DNA of 64,000 bases, taken from NCBI GenBank assembly GCA_003427395.1, contig BFEA01000001.1:2284312-2348311 (forward strand). The letters are read 5' to 3'. Below, in pieces: positions 63,199 through 64,000 of this stretch. The notes beneath the pieces were generated by a model. It made no database searches. It worked only from the letters and a program-made list of their open reading frames with translations, and was not told the origin of the DNA. A program made the position numbers and the translations under genes. This DNA comes from Chara braunii. Its lineage: Eukaryota; Plantae; Charophyceae. Each line of letters opens with the position of its first letter. The first letter of the stretch is position 1.

Positions 63199-64000
63199 TA
63201 ACACCCAATTTCCCGACGCAAACCCGGAAAACATTTCTCAAAAAATACAGGACAAATCGGCGACCATGTCCCTCATGATAAAAAATGACAAAAAGAAATT
63301 CCTGCTTTTTTTTTTTTAAATCGAATTTCGTTTTTTATTTTTAAAAAATCTTAAACGAAGTCGGATTCCAAAATAAAAAATATAGGATTGTAGGGTTTTC
63401 GAAGCCCTACAACCCTATATTTTTTTGTGTTTTTTTTACGTACTTCTAGGGGTATAAAAAAAATATTAGAAAAACAGGCCGCGGACCGGGCCTCATTGGC
63501 TGCGGCCGCGGCCGAATTGCCCGCGGCCTAGGCCGCGGGTGTCACGTAGCTCGAGACCATACTGTTATTAGTTGTCACTACAGGACTATTGGCTGATCAG
63601 GAGGCATTTAAGGAGATGCCCCATAACTCCTCAAGAATTATTTAACGCCGCAATCAGGACGACGTTCACGACCAGAGTTCTCTCAAGACTTAGACAGATT
63701 GGACGTGCGATCCGCAGCTCGGAGTTCAGGTATAGTGTACCACCCAAAGCAGCCTGCCCGTCTGTACCGGTCCTTGGGGCCTTTTCCCCAGGTCGTTGGC
63801 ATCAGATACATGTCACCCCTACTAAGTCCCGTGCAGATATTGGCCCCTCAGCCTCTATAAGAGCATATGCCTGGAACCTATACAACCTGGACAGGAGTGA
63901 CTCAATGCAGAAAGAGATGACAGACTCTATGAAACAAACTATATTGCGGCAAGTACGAGGTGAGTGTACACATCCACGCCGGTCAACGCTGGTCAACGCC

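Larger units (their letters stand above)
59163..63549. mobile_element. 4.4-kb non-autonomous TIR DNA element with 8-bp TSD (hAT-like)
   Basis: TSD CTCGAGAC at 59155-59162 and 63550-63557; termini CTACATGAC / GTCACGTAG with GC-rich GGCCGCGG subterminal repeats. Confidence 0.85.

Overview
This is eukaryotic, TE-saturated DNA with four N-gaps and no intact host gene, rRNA, tRNA or CRISPR that I can support. The Ty3/gypsy and L1/Tx1 protein style suggests a streptophyte alga or early plant such as Chara (inference). Conventional content: a decayed minus-strand gypsy gag-pol (~19.2-24.9 kb), an internally deleted gag-PR-chromodomain gypsy (42.1-43.9 kb), a decayed L1/Tx1 LINE (45.3-48.2 kb), a decayed chromovirus (53.6-58.8 kb), a 4.4-kb TIR element with a perfect 8-bp TSD, MITEs and microsatellites. 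The unusual content is four giant (about 6.7-7.9 kb) TGTC...CA-bounded LTR-like units. (i) Two diverged homologues at 1344-9239 (+) and 9305-15966 (-) form a ~14.6-kb imperfect palindrome. Each carries decayed ORFs for unrecognised proteins, and the left one also holds a group II intron RT fragment. (ii) A second pair is nested: 32368-41418 sits inside 26052-42096 with a 4-bp ACGC TSD. Each of these holds an array of hairpins whose outer stems differ between units but stay base-paired around a fixed-length, copy-specific 19-20-nt core, downstream of a conserved block and splice donor. This hairpin array is the best candidate for an undescribed RNA-level system. All alignments and translations were done by eye, so boundaries of decayed ORFs are approximate.
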